A stretch of 32,000 nucleotides of DNA from Promethearchaeota archaeon (GTDB lineage Archaea; Asgardarchaeota; Lokiarchaeia; Sigyniarchaeales; SOKP01). The DNA lies in NCBI GenBank assembly GCA_030606485.1, contig JAUWGH010000001.1, positions 90,001 to 122,000 on the forward strand. The letters run 5' to 3'. A program made the position numbers and the translations under genes. Below the pieces are notes generated by a model, which did no database searches, was not told the origin of the DNA, and worked only from the letters and a program-made list of their open reading frames with translations. Of the stretch, positions 1-9,505 are shown piece by piece (position 1 is the first letter of the stretch; every line of letters starts with the position of its first letter).

Positions 1-9
1 TTTAAAAAT

Positions 10-3000
10 TTGTTTTCTGAATTATTTTCAATTAATAAAATTTATGAAGAGAAACAAACTCTAAATAAAAGTTATATAATACCAATTTTAGAAGAAGGAC
101 TTTCAAAAAGTATATATTTATCTGCGTTACTTGTACGGAGCCAACCCATAGAGGTTTTAGAACGAGAATTTCAAAAATATTTAGACACAATGGATTTTAA
201 TATTCAATATGGATATAGACTAAATGAAGTTTTAAAATCTTATTATAATGGTTATGTCAATTTATTACTTTTTGAATCTGAACGATTTCATTTCACCGTA
301 CATATAAAATTTAATAAAAATCTAACTGATACATATAATCTTAGAGTGATTTTTACTTTTTGGTATGAAAATCTAAAAAAAAGAAATGATTTCGATTTAA
401 ATTATTTACATGGAATCTATGATGATTTCATATTAGGTCATAAAATATCAAATTCTCTTGAATCCATTGGTTATTCAAAGATTCAGTTAATCGACATTGA
501 TAATTATAACCCTCAGACATATGTAAGTCAAAAGCCAAAAAATTTCTGGGTTGAGGAGAGACCTTTTATGTGTATAACAATGATGATTGAATTGCTTAAT
601 GCGAATCCAATTAAATTAATTAATGATTTAGTTGAACATGTCTCAAGTGTAGAAAAGATTATTATTAATAATCGTGAAAAAACTTATGGAACATCCATAC
701 AATTCTTTAAGGAATTTTCAATTGAATTACAAAATTTTATTGCAAAGGGAAATGAATTATTTAGAATTGCGGTTGATTCGAGTGAAACAGTATCAGAAAG
801 AGGGATTCAAGCACAAAAAAAAGAAGACCTTTTAGAAGAGGAAAGTAAAACAAGAACATTAACACCACAAATAATAATTGAGTTATTTCAAAAAGCGTAT
901 GAACAGGATCTGAAAAAAAATGAATCCAGAGAGGATAGAGGGTTCCGCTCATTAAGTACACTTTATGAAGAATATGGGAAAAGTTACCATTTTTCACGAG
1001 CAACATTGTATAATTGCTTTAATAATTCAAAATTAGAATTATTATTAGAAAAAAAAGAAAGAAAAAAACAAGGTGGTGGTTTTAAATTCAGAATAAAAGA
1101 TAGAGAATTATATGAAGAGATTAATGAAGAAAATCTTGAAGATCAGTTTATGAAAGAGAAAATGGAAATTGAAAAAGCATTATATCATTATAATAAAGAA
1201 GAGCCTGATCTTACAATAAAAATTCTTAAAAAAGTCTTAAGATCTTCAAGTAAACAATTACAAAAGGATCATAATTTATTTTTGGGCGCAAAATTTTATT
1301 TGTCAAAATGTTATTACCAAAAAGAGACTTATCAGCAATCATATGAGCTATGTGAACAGATACTGAGGGAGGATGATTCTCTTATAGATGTAAAACATTT
1401 AAAAGTCAAATCTCTCTTTAAATTACGAAAATTTGATGAGATAAATAATCTTTTAAAATCTTATATAAATGAGATAGAAAAAATATTCAAAATTTATGAT
1501 TTTTATTATGAGAAACATAAAAAATTGATAATTGGAAAATTTACTCCTAGCTATGAATATGCGAAAGAATTTTTTAAAAAATTAAATGAAGCAGATGACT
1601 TAACCAAATTTGTCTTATTGATCAATAAAGCTGAGTTCGACAATCGAATACATTTTACCGGGCGGAGAAAAAAACTGACCTTCTATAATAATAATACGAT
1701 AATTTTTGAAAAATTATTTAGATTTCTGGCAGAATATCTAATAATAAATATTGAACTTCACCGAAGGAAATTTTTCAGTCTAATTTTGGAAAATGATTTG
1801 GAAAAAATTAGAAAATCATTATCCGAGTTTATTTATATGTTAAAAAGTGAAAGATATGATAATTTATTTGAAGATGACTATTTTTTATATTACCTATATT
1901 ACTTTAGAAATATCTTAAATATATATATCGGGGAATCCGAATTATTGCTATTTGACAAGGAGTTAAAAGATAAATTTCCTAATTTTAACTTTAGAAGATT
2001 ACCTATCGGTAGGTTTCCCAATGATCTTGCCGAAATCAGCAAATTTATAAACAAAGTAGGAAGTTATTATAGGTTTGAAAGATTACATTATTTCGATTTT
2101 CCTGATTTAGATTTTGATTTTCAGATAAGTTTTAGAGATCCTGAATTAATTATTGAGTTAAGACATATTGAAGCGAATAAAAAGGAAGGAATAAAGGCCA
2201 TTGAACATCTTATTCAACATGTAAGTACCGAATTAGAAAATGAAGAACTAATTAATAGTAATGACATTGAATTACTAAATACGAGATGGTGGAAGTATAG
2301 CTTTTCTTCTTTATATGTAGCACCAACTAAATTCCTAAAATTAATTGAAGTGGCCAAAAATCTTTGTAAACAATATAACATAAGTGATTTTATTAACCAG
2401 TTTAGTAATATATATAAAAATCTTGAACAAAAAGTAAAAAATTTGAATCAATTTAGAGCAAAAGGAAAAAGATTGATATTAAATAGGCTATTTGAATTAT
2501 TATCACTCAAGTTTTCCCTTGTCAAGGAAGAAGAATTTACATTAAACTTTAATACTATTCCTAAAGGTGTTAAAAAAGAAGATTTCTTCTATGATACTGT
2601 GATACCTGAAATTGAGACTACTATTCGAAATTATCAAGAGAAGAGATTTAAATTGACTATCAATTTACCTAGTAAATATTTTACTCAAAATATTCCAAAA
2701 CACTTGAAAACATTCAATTGGAAGTCTTCAGATGGATTATACAATTCATTAACCTTTGAGAATGTTTCAGACAAAAATTTATTAATAAAACCTGCATGTA
2801 TTTGTGGGATTTATGGAGATGAACTCTTTAAAAATAATTTAGACTCTTTACTTTACTACATTACTAGACTTCTGGAATCCAATTCAAATGAGATGATAAT
2901 TGAATTAAGAAGATCTAAAAATAGAAAATCTTTTGAGGATTTTTTACAACAGTTTCCAGAAGAATTGAAAAATAATTATTTTTCATTTGATATTGAAGAA

Positions 3001-3045
3001 TTATCAGAACCTAATAGGGTTAAAGTATTAGTAAGAAAATTATAA
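10..3045 (+). CDS. Large hypothetical protein with central TPR-like repeats and a possible HTH; 5' end probably outside the window
   Basis: 1011-aa ORF whose frame is open back to position 1. TPR-like helices (IEKALYHYNKEEPDLTIKILKKVL...AKFYLSKCYYQKETYQQSYELCEQIL) and an HTH-like segment (SLSTLYEEYGKSYHFSRATLYNCF). Confidence 0.7.
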   Translation: MFSELFSINKIYEEKQTLNKSYIIPILEEGLSKSIYLSALLVRSQPIEVLEREFQKYLDTMDFNIQYGYRLNEVLKSYYNGYVNLLLFESERFHFTVHIKFNKNLTDTYNLRVIFTFWYENLKKRNDFDLNYLHGIYDDFILGHKISNSLESIGYSKIQLIDIDNYNPQTYVSQKPKNFWVEERPFMCITMMIELLNANPIKLINDLVEHVSSVEKIIINNREKTYGTSIQFFKEFSIELQNFIAKGNELFRIAVDSSETVSERGIQAQKKEDLLEEESKTRTLTPQIIIELFQKAYEQDLKKNESREDRGFRSLSTLYEEYGKSYHFSRATLYNCFNNSKLELLLEKKERKKQGGGFKFRIKDRELYEEINEENLEDQFMKEKMEIEKALYHYNKEEPDLTIKILKKVLRSSSKQLQKDHNLFLGAKFYLSKCYYQKETYQQSYELCEQILREDDSLIDVKHLKVKSLFKLRKFDEINNLLKSYINEIEKIFKIYDFYYEKHKKLIIGKFTPSYEYAKEFFKKLNEADDLTKFVLLINKAEFDNRIHFTGRRKKLTFYNNNTIIFEKLFRFLAEYLIINIELHRRKFFSLILENDLEKIRKSLSEFIYMLKSERYDNLFEDDYFLYYLYYFRNILNIYIGESELLLFDKELKDKFPNFNFRRLPIGRFPNDLAEISKFINKVGSYYRFERLHYFDFPDLDFDFQISFRDPELIIELRHIEANKKEGIKAIEHLIQHVSTELENEELINSNDIELLNTRWWKYSFSSLYVAPTKFLKLIEVAKNLCKQYNISDFINQFSNIYKNLEQKVKNLNQFRAKGKRLILNRLFELLSLKFSLVKEEEFTLNFNTIPKGVKKEDFFYDTVIPEIETTIRNYQEKRFKLTINLPSKYFTQNIPKHLKTFNWKSSDGLYNSLTFENVSDKNLLIKPACICGIYGDELFKNNLDSLLYYITRLLESNSNEMIIELRRSKNRKSFEDFLQQFPEELKNNYFSFDIEELSEPNRVKVLVRKL

Positions 3046-3127
3046 AAAATTCTAAATACATGTATTAAGTATTATTATAAAAATGAAAAGATAAGATCTT
3101 TAAGAATTATTAGAATTGAATTAGTAT

Positions 3128-4144
3128 ATGACAAGTGAAAAAGAATATTTGAACTTGCCGAAGAGAAAAAAAGAAATGATTCGGGAATTCGAAAGCTTGT
3201 TTGGTATTAAGCTCTCTAGAGAGTCAAGAGGATTCGATAAATGGGTTATAGAACGGCATATGTTGTTCGAGATTTGGTATTCGAACAAGACAGGTTATTC
3301 GAAAATAAAAAATGAACTCATGAAATTTTACGAAGAAACAGAACATAAGATATCAATAAGATCCTATGATAAACTCACCAAACAGTATATGAAATGGAAA
3401 TCGAAACATATTCCGAGATTTATTGAAAAAATGAGCGAAGATTTCGAGAAATTCGTAAAAAAAATCTTTCTCGATTATTTAAAATATCCTCCTAAAAATA
3501 TTAAACAAATTCTTAAATCACCCGAGTGGGAAATGGTCTTTTGGGAGGACTACACTCATACTCACATTGACAATTTTAAGGAGTGGTATATGGAATGGGT
3601 AAAAAAAAAGATGCCCATCAAGCGAGTTGGCGGTGAGGCTATTGTTGAATATCGTCCTACTAAATTAATAATTGATAATTCCGTTTTTGAAGATTATAGC
3701 AAATCCATCAAAAAAATCGGATATGTGGGGGAAGAATATGTGTTCTACGAAATACTTCCAAGAGAGCTGGAAAAAAATTACCCCAATTGCGACATAAAAG
3801 TGGAAGAAAATATATTGCATGTGTTAATTGACGGAGAATTAAAGGTTAAAATTGTCTGGAACAATAAATTTCGAGAATCCGGATTATCGTTCGATTTAAA
3901 AATGGATATTAATGGAAACGAATATTTCATAGAGGTTAAGGCAACTAAGTCTAACGACACTAATTTTACAATGAGCCTTGACGAGTTTAATCTTGTTAAA
4001 GAGAAAAAGGACAAATACATTCTTTATTTAGTGAACAACCTCGGCACAGCCAACCAAAGTTATTATCGATTCGAAAATTTCTTTAAGCATTACGAAGAAG
4101 GATATCTCGAAAAGCGCGATATAAGCTTTCGAATAAAGAGATAA
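3128..4144 (+). CDS. DUF3883 (NO VEIN C-terminal-like) PD-(D/E)xK nuclease domain protein
   Basis: C-terminal motifs typical of DUF3883: IGYVGEEYVF, ESGLSFDL, YFIEVKAT, FTMSLDEF, YILYLV. Confidence 0.8.
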   Translation: MTSEKEYLNLPKRKKEMIREFESLFGIKLSRESRGFDKWVIERHMLFEIWYSNKTGYSKIKNELMKFYEETEHKISIRSYDKLTKQYMKWKSKHIPRFIEKMSEDFEKFVKKIFLDYLKYPPKNIKQILKSPEWEMVFWEDYTHTHIDNFKEWYMEWVKKKMPIKRVGGEAIVEYRPTKLIIDNSVFEDYSKSIKKIGYVGEEYVFYEILPRELEKNYPNCDIKVEENILHVLIDGELKVKIVWNNKFRESGLSFDLKMDINGNEYFIEVKATKSNDTNFTMSLDEFNLVKEKKDKYILYLVNNLGTANQSYYRFENFFKHYEEGYLEKRDISFRIKR

Positions 4145-4240
4145 ACTAAGATATTAAACGTACATATGGAAAATATTAAAATATATTGATAATTTTAATA
4201 ATGAAACAAGAATTGCTCTAAAAATAAATAATAAAAATTT

Positions 4241-6121
4241 CTAAATCCTTTTTGAAATGAAAGGATACTTCTTTAAAGCACTTAGCGGAATAATTTTTAC
4301 TGCTTCATCTTCAAATAAATCTCTAGTCAAGGATTCTTCAAAAGTAGTTATTATTAATTGCTTGATTAAGCCTACCTCATGTATTCTTTTTAAATATTCA
4401 ATTATTTGAGCTCTATTTTCAACATCAAGGTGTTCAAGAGGTTCATCCATTATCACGAAATTTAGGTTTGAAAAATGATGCATTATTAGAGTTTTTGTTA
4501 TTATCGTTAGGATTGTCTTCTCTCCGCCACTTAACCCTTCAAAACCTATTTCTCCTTGATCATTTTTAAGAATAGGATTCAATTTTTCATCGAAAGAAAC
4601 AAAACGGTCTTGATCGTTAAATAATTTACGCCAAATTTCCGTGATTTCTTGCGTTAATGGATGCAAATAATCAAGTTTAACCTTATATAATATTCTTCCT
4701 ATTACTTCTTGTAAGATATCGATTAAATACAGGCTGTATTTTATGTTTTGTTTCTTATCTTGAATATAAGAAGGATCTAAATCTCTTTTTTTAGCTTCTT
4801 TTCTTGCCATTTTATATATTTTATCATTAATTTCATCGATTTCATTTGTAAGATCATATTTTTTTTTTAAATTCACTTGGATTTGGTATTTTATTTCATC
4901 GAAATGCTCTTTCATTACTTTATATTTTTTGATATTTACTTTCCAATCAGGTAAATATTCTTGGATTTTATTGAACAGATAATCTTTTCTATTTAATTCA
5001 TCTTCAATATCATTTTGTTCATTTTTTAAATCACTTGTTTGCGATTTGATTTTATCAAAATTAGATTTTAAATTTCTAAAAAGATCAGCTTTCTCTCTAT
5101 AAATTTCTTCATATTCATTCGATTTAAATGTCTTATTGCAGATGGGGCAAGGTTGTTGGTTTATATCCATATCGTAATATATTTTTTCTAAATCTTTCAA
5201 TACTCCAAAAATTTTATCTAGTATTCTTAATTCTTTATCAAGTTCTTCTTTTTTAAAGTCTAATTTTTGAATTTTCTTTAGGGATTCTTCCCTCTTCTTT
5301 TTTAATTTAACAAGGTCAAGGCCAAGTTGAGTATTAATATTTAAAATATCTACATCAAAAACTTTCAAGTTAAGAATTGTACGAAACGCATCTTCCAAAT
5401 CTTCAAATTTCTTTATTTTAATACTTAAGGAATTATATTCTCTCTTTAAGTTAGATAAGATTTTTTCTACTTTGATTAATTCTCTAGATTTTTCATCCTT
5501 CTTTTGACTAAAAATGGAGATTCTTTCTGTTGGAACAGTTTCTAAAGTATCTGTTATTAGGTCTTCGATTAATATATCCAATTTCTTTCCCTCTTTTCTA
5601 TAGAACGCTTGTAGCTCCTTAATATCCACGTTAAATTCCTTCAATTGTTGGATCCCTATTAAACCTTCAATATACTCTTTGAAATTGAATTTTCTTCTTG
5701 GATATGAAAAACCTCTAAAAATATCCCCTTCACCAAAATAAACCATTCTCTTTAAAAAAACTCTTTTAGTGTGAAATAGGCTTAAAATTTTATTTTCAAT
5801 ATCTGATTTTTTATGATACACTTCGAATTGAGTAAAAAGAGAATGTTTTGACGATTTTTCATCAAATTTTCTTTCGATGCTTAATTTTTCACTATTATGA
5901 ATCATCTCCAATCGTATGAGAGTTGGTTCAGAAGCCCCTATTCGTCTCACTTTATTGAGAGAGCTTCTTCTAAGATCTCCTGTAATAGCATAATAAATTG
6001 CTTCTAATAATGAAGTCTTTCCAATAGCATTTGGACCAATTATGAAATTTAAACCTGACTTAAATTTGAAATTTAAATTTTCATGTAATTTCCAATTCCT
6101 AATCATAATACTTTCTAACAT
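4241..6121 (-). CDS. Rad50/SbcC/SMC-like ABC ATPase with coiled coil and zinc hook
   Basis: Walker A GPNAIGKTS, signature LSGGE, Walker B/D-loop VIMDEPLEHLD, central CPIC zinc hook (5138-5149) and long coiled coils. ATG at 6121 preferred; the ORF extends to TTG at 6130. No Mre11 gene is adjacent. Confidence 0.88.
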   Translation of the reverse strand: MLESIMIRNWKLHENLNFKFKSGLNFIIGPNAIGKTSLLEAIYYAITGDLRRSSLNKVRRIGASEPTLIRLEMIHNSEKLSIERKFDEKSSKHSLFTQFEVYHKKSDIENKILSLFHTKRVFLKRMVYFGEGDIFRGFSYPRRKFNFKEYIEGLIGIQQLKEFNVDIKELQAFYRKEGKKLDILIEDLITDTLETVPTERISIFSQKKDEKSRELIKVEKILSNLKREYNSLSIKIKKFEDLEDAFRTILNLKVFDVDILNINTQLGLDLVKLKKKREESLKKIQKLDFKKEELDKELRILDKIFGVLKDLEKIYYDMDINQQPCPICNKTFKSNEYEEIYREKADLFRNLKSNFDKIKSQTSDLKNEQNDIEDELNRKDYLFNKIQEYLPDWKVNIKKYKVMKEHFDEIKYQIQVNLKKKYDLTNEIDEINDKIYKMARKEAKKRDLDPSYIQDKKQNIKYSLYLIDILQEVIGRILYKVKLDYLHPLTQEITEIWRKLFNDQDRFVSFDEKLNPILKNDQGEIGFEGLSGGEKTILTIITKTLIMHHFSNLNFVIMDEPLEHLDVENRAQIIEYLKRIHEVGLIKQLIITTFEESLTRDLFEDEAVKIIPLSALKKYPFISKRI

Positions 6122-6130
6122 AATAATCAA

Positions 6131-6868
6131 TCAAAAAGTTTTTAATCCTAAATTATCTAAAAAATCTCTAAATTCTTTTTTCCTATCCTTATCTGATTCT
6201 AGATATTTTTCAAAAACAGTAATTAATTTTTTAATTTTAATATCATCTAATTTAGACAATAAGTCCTTTTTCTCCGCTCCTAGTCGTCTTGATTCCTCAA
6301 TGAGTATAATATCTTTTAAGTATTTTTCAAAACTATTAATTATATCAGATATTTTAAAGTCATGAAACATTATTTTTGGAAAGTTATAACACTTTTCAGA
6401 AGTCAGAGTATCAAGTAAATTATCTAATTTTTTAAATTTATCTTGGATAAATTCCTTGAAATTAGAAAAATCTATAAAGCCTGAATAAAGATCATCACTT
6501 CGTAAAAGCAGAGAATGTAAATAATCATCATTGAAAATAATAAGGATACCGTCTATTCTCGGACTTTTTACAAAAATCTTGAAATACATCTTTAGATCTT
6601 TATGAGATAGTTCGATAGGTTTTTTATTTATCAAAACCACAGAATACATTTTATCTTTAATTATAATGAGAAAATTTATATAATCTAAAGAATATCTATC
6701 TGTTCTTAAATTTATTACTTTTGGTTTAATTTCCAACTTATGTATTTTTTCACTGAATTTATCAAAAATTTCCAAAAATCTTATATAAAAATCGATTAAA
6801 TCTGATAATAACCCACTTTCCTTAATTTCCATACGTCTATCTATTTCTGAAAATTCATTATCAAACAC
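6131..6868 (-). CDS. Hypothetical protein, possibly a degenerate restriction-endonuclease-like fold; middle gene of the PIN/ATPase operon
   Basis: 245-aa ORF with GTG start and upstream GAGGGG RBS. It overlaps the PIN gene by 8 bp and abuts the ATPase ORF. The helix/strand pattern (DYINFLIII, YSVVLIN, DGILIIFN) resembles the PD-(D/E)xK core without a clear ExK. Confidence 0.65.
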   Translation of the reverse strand: MFDNEFSEIDRRMEIKESGLLSDLIDFYIRFLEIFDKFSEKIHKLEIKPKVINLRTDRYSLDYINFLIIIKDKMYSVVLINKKPIELSHKDLKMYFKIFVKSPRIDGILIIFNDDYLHSLLLRSDDLYSGFIDFSNFKEFIQDKFKKLDNLLDTLTSEKCYNFPKIMFHDFKISDIINSFEKYLKDIILIEESRRLGAEKKDLLSKLDDIKIKKLITVFEKYLESDKDRKKEFRDFLDNLGLKTF

Positions 6869-7685
6869 TAATATTCCCCTCTTTTTTTGATTTAAGAATT
6901 ATATAATAGGCAATGTCAGAAGCAGAAGAATTACTTAATCGAACTTTTGCTTGTAGTGTTTCAACATTCCTGACTTCTCCTACAAATCTATTTTGCTCTG
7001 TTTCATAGAATTTAATTAATTCTCTAATAAAATGAAACTTACAATCGTTATAAATAGGTAATAAAAAAGAGATATAACCTTTAGAAATAGTATTTTTTGT
7101 CTTCAAGACATTTCCTTCATTACTAATAAATTGAGATAAACGATTTATTTTTTTTTCTAAAACAATCTTTAATTTTATATCTTCAGTTACAATTATACTT
7201 TTAAATTTTCTATTTGTAGATTCTCTTAATCCTAATAAAATTAAAGATAAATCATTTTTACTTGGCGTTTTCCTTCGAAATATAGGATATACGATAGATT
7301 TTATTTCATTTAAATCAATTTGATTTAATTGGATTATTTCAAAGTTTTTTTCAATTAATCTTTTAACTTTTTTTATATAATTGATTTTTGGATGATTTTT
7401 ATAATTTCTAAAAAAAACCGAATTATAAACTAGACTAACATCTCTACCACCTCTTAATTTGTTGGTTGTATTGAGCTCCCCATCATAAAATAATTTAGAT
7501 ACATTTATCTTACCATTAATAGAACATTTTGTAACCCAAGAAAGGAATTGTCCAAATTGAGTTAAAAAATTACTGTCAGTATTATTATTTCTTTTAAAAA
7601 TAAAATCCATTATATAGATGAGAAAATTACAATCACAAATAATAAATCCGTAATTTTCACATTTCTTACAATCTGGCATTTCCAT
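6861..7685 (-). CDS. PIN-domain-like ribonuclease
   Basis: PIN-type acidic motifs FIICDCNFL (D/N), PSKNDLSLILL (S..D) and IIVTEDIKL (T.D); N-terminal CxxC. Confidence 0.7.
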   Translation of the reverse strand: MEMPDCKKCENYGFIICDCNFLIYIMDFIFKRNNNTDSNFLTQFGQFLSWVTKCSINGKINVSKLFYDGELNTTNKLRGGRDVSLVYNSVFFRNYKNHPKINYIKKVKRLIEKNFEIIQLNQIDLNEIKSIVYPIFRRKTPSKNDLSLILLGLRESTNRKFKSIIVTEDIKLKIVLEKKINRLSQFISNEGNVLKTKNTISKGYISFLLPIYNDCKFHFIRELIKFYETEQNRFVGEVRNVETLQAKVRLSNSSASDIAYYIILKSKKEGNISV

Positions 7686-7772
7686 AATAATAAATTAATT
7701 TTAATTTAATTAAAGAAATATATAAAATTTTGTCGATTACTGTAAAAAACAAGACATTTTTTCTATTAAAAT

Positions 7773-8102
7773 TTATTGCAAATTGATTTTTAAATCTCTA
7801 TAATAAGAATCTGACTTAATTATTTTTGAAATAATTTTTTTATGATCCATTTTAAATAGTTCCAAGAACTTTTTTGATAATTTCTGCTTAATTTTATTGA
7901 ACATAGCTTAATAGTAGTAAATATCTCTTACTGCGCTACAAAAATGGGTATCAAAAACACCTTCTAACGCTTGTGCGTTTAAAGGTTCTAATTTTAATAT
8001 ATCCCCTCCGCTTCTTTTAAGAATCTCTCTTATAATTGCGGAAATTTTCTTCCATCCTAATTTTTAACATGCTAAATATCTTCGCTGTCCCACAATTAAT
8101 TC
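7773..8102 (-). pseudogene. ParB/Srx-domain pseudogene fragment
   Basis: Minus-strand translation ELIVGQRRYLAC*KLGWKKISAIIRE matches the ParB GxxR box. In-frame TAA codons at 8064-8066 and 7908-7910; 5' part missing. Confidence 0.75.
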
Positions 8103-8672
8103 GTTTTAATTCGTTCTATTCCATCTAAATTATTATCGACGCAATTTTGAAAAAATAAATTTCCACTTTCGTAGCCAATTGATTTTCCAATCATATCATT
8201 ATAAATTCTTAAAATAATGCTGGTCATAAAAAGACAACTTATTATCAACTGAGAAAATTGGTATTAAACCGGATTCAAAATTTGGATTTTCATATTTTGT
8301 ATTCCATTTATATATTGATATTACCATTTTTCTCTAATAAAACTTATGGTAGATGTCTGTTGGAAATAGAAAAGAAATTTAAATATTTCAATTATACAAA
8401 TAAGATTTATATATTAAAGAAAACAAGACAAGTCTAAAGGAAATCAAATTTTAAGATCTTTTGTTATTGTTTAATTTAAGAAAATTTTGTATAAATACAA
8501 TAATTTAAAAATATTTATAACGTATTAAATAATTTCACAAAACTACATAATGATTATAATTGTAAATTGTTTTTAGTGCTTAATAATTAAGGATCAAAAA
8601 ACTTAGTATTTACTTATTTTTTAATCTAATAAGACTGATAAAAGAAAATAAACCCATTTCAAAAAAGGAAAT

Positions 8673-8822
8673 TTATTCTGGGGTAATTTCATCTAAATCT
8701 GATAAATCCAACCCTGAATCCATCTCGGAATGAACCTCCGCTAAAAATTCATTCAATAATTCTTTTAACTCCTCCCCACTCTGATAAATTAGGGAAACCC
8801 ACTTATATAAAAATTCAAATCC
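8673..8822 (-). pseudogene. Orphan 3' gene fragment with acidic tail
   Basis: A 49-codon open frame with no upstream start (GFEFLYKWVSLIYQSGEELKELLNEFLAEVHSEMDSGLDLSDLDEITPE*), more GC-rich than its flanks. Confidence 0.35.
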
Positions 8823-9143
8823 TTACTTTATTTAATCTCTATTTTTAAAAAGAGTTATATAAAAAATCCTTTTAATAATAGTCTTAAAATTTGTCTAAAG
8901 TTTAAATATTAATAACTTAATAAAGTTGTTATTTAATTAAATAGAAGTTTGTAAAAAAATAGATATTTGATTCAATCGTTTTAAAAGAGTTTAAAATATC
9001 AAGTCTTTTTAAGGAAAATAACACTGATTTAAAAGAATTATACAATTTTATGAGCAATTATATGACACCAAGACCAGATAAGATAAATGAAATTGAGAGT
9101 AAAAGAGATTTTATCGTAAAAATTAAGGATGAGATAAGGAGAA

Positions 9144-9425
9144 ATGTCTGATTTACTAGAAATGATTGATAATATGTTAAATAAGAAAAAAGAAACATAT
9201 CAAGAAATTCAACTGAAAAAAAATGATCTTCAGGAAGAGATCGAAATTCCAAATGCAAAAAAGGAATCTAAATATGAAAGAAACGACTTAATATTACCCG
9301 ATTCCGATACACTAAGAAAATTTTGTAGAGATTTAGGATTTAGAGGTAAAAATCTTAGGCTTGTTAATAGAGGACATACCAAATTAATTATTGAATATTT
9401 AATGAAAATACTTTTATATCTTTAG
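9144..9425 (+). CDS. Hypothetical protein
   Basis: 93-aa ORF with AAGGAG RBS directly upstream of the ATG. Confidence 0.5.
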   Translation: MSDLLEMIDNMLNKKKETYQEIQLKKNDLQEEIEIPNAKKESKYERNDLILPDSDTLRKFCRDLGFRGKNLRLVNRGHTKLIIEYLMKILLYL

Positions 9426-9505
9426 AAAAAGCTAATTATCCAAGATTAATAGAATAACTCTTTAATAAAAATATTTAAAAATATGAAATTGGTGGAAATT
9501 AATTA

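Noticed and set aside
4241-6121. Calling the ATPase the housekeeping rad50
   Set aside because: No mre11, nurA or herA nearby, it is short, its Q-loop and H-switch are altered, and it sits in an accessory operon, so the gene symbol is withheld.
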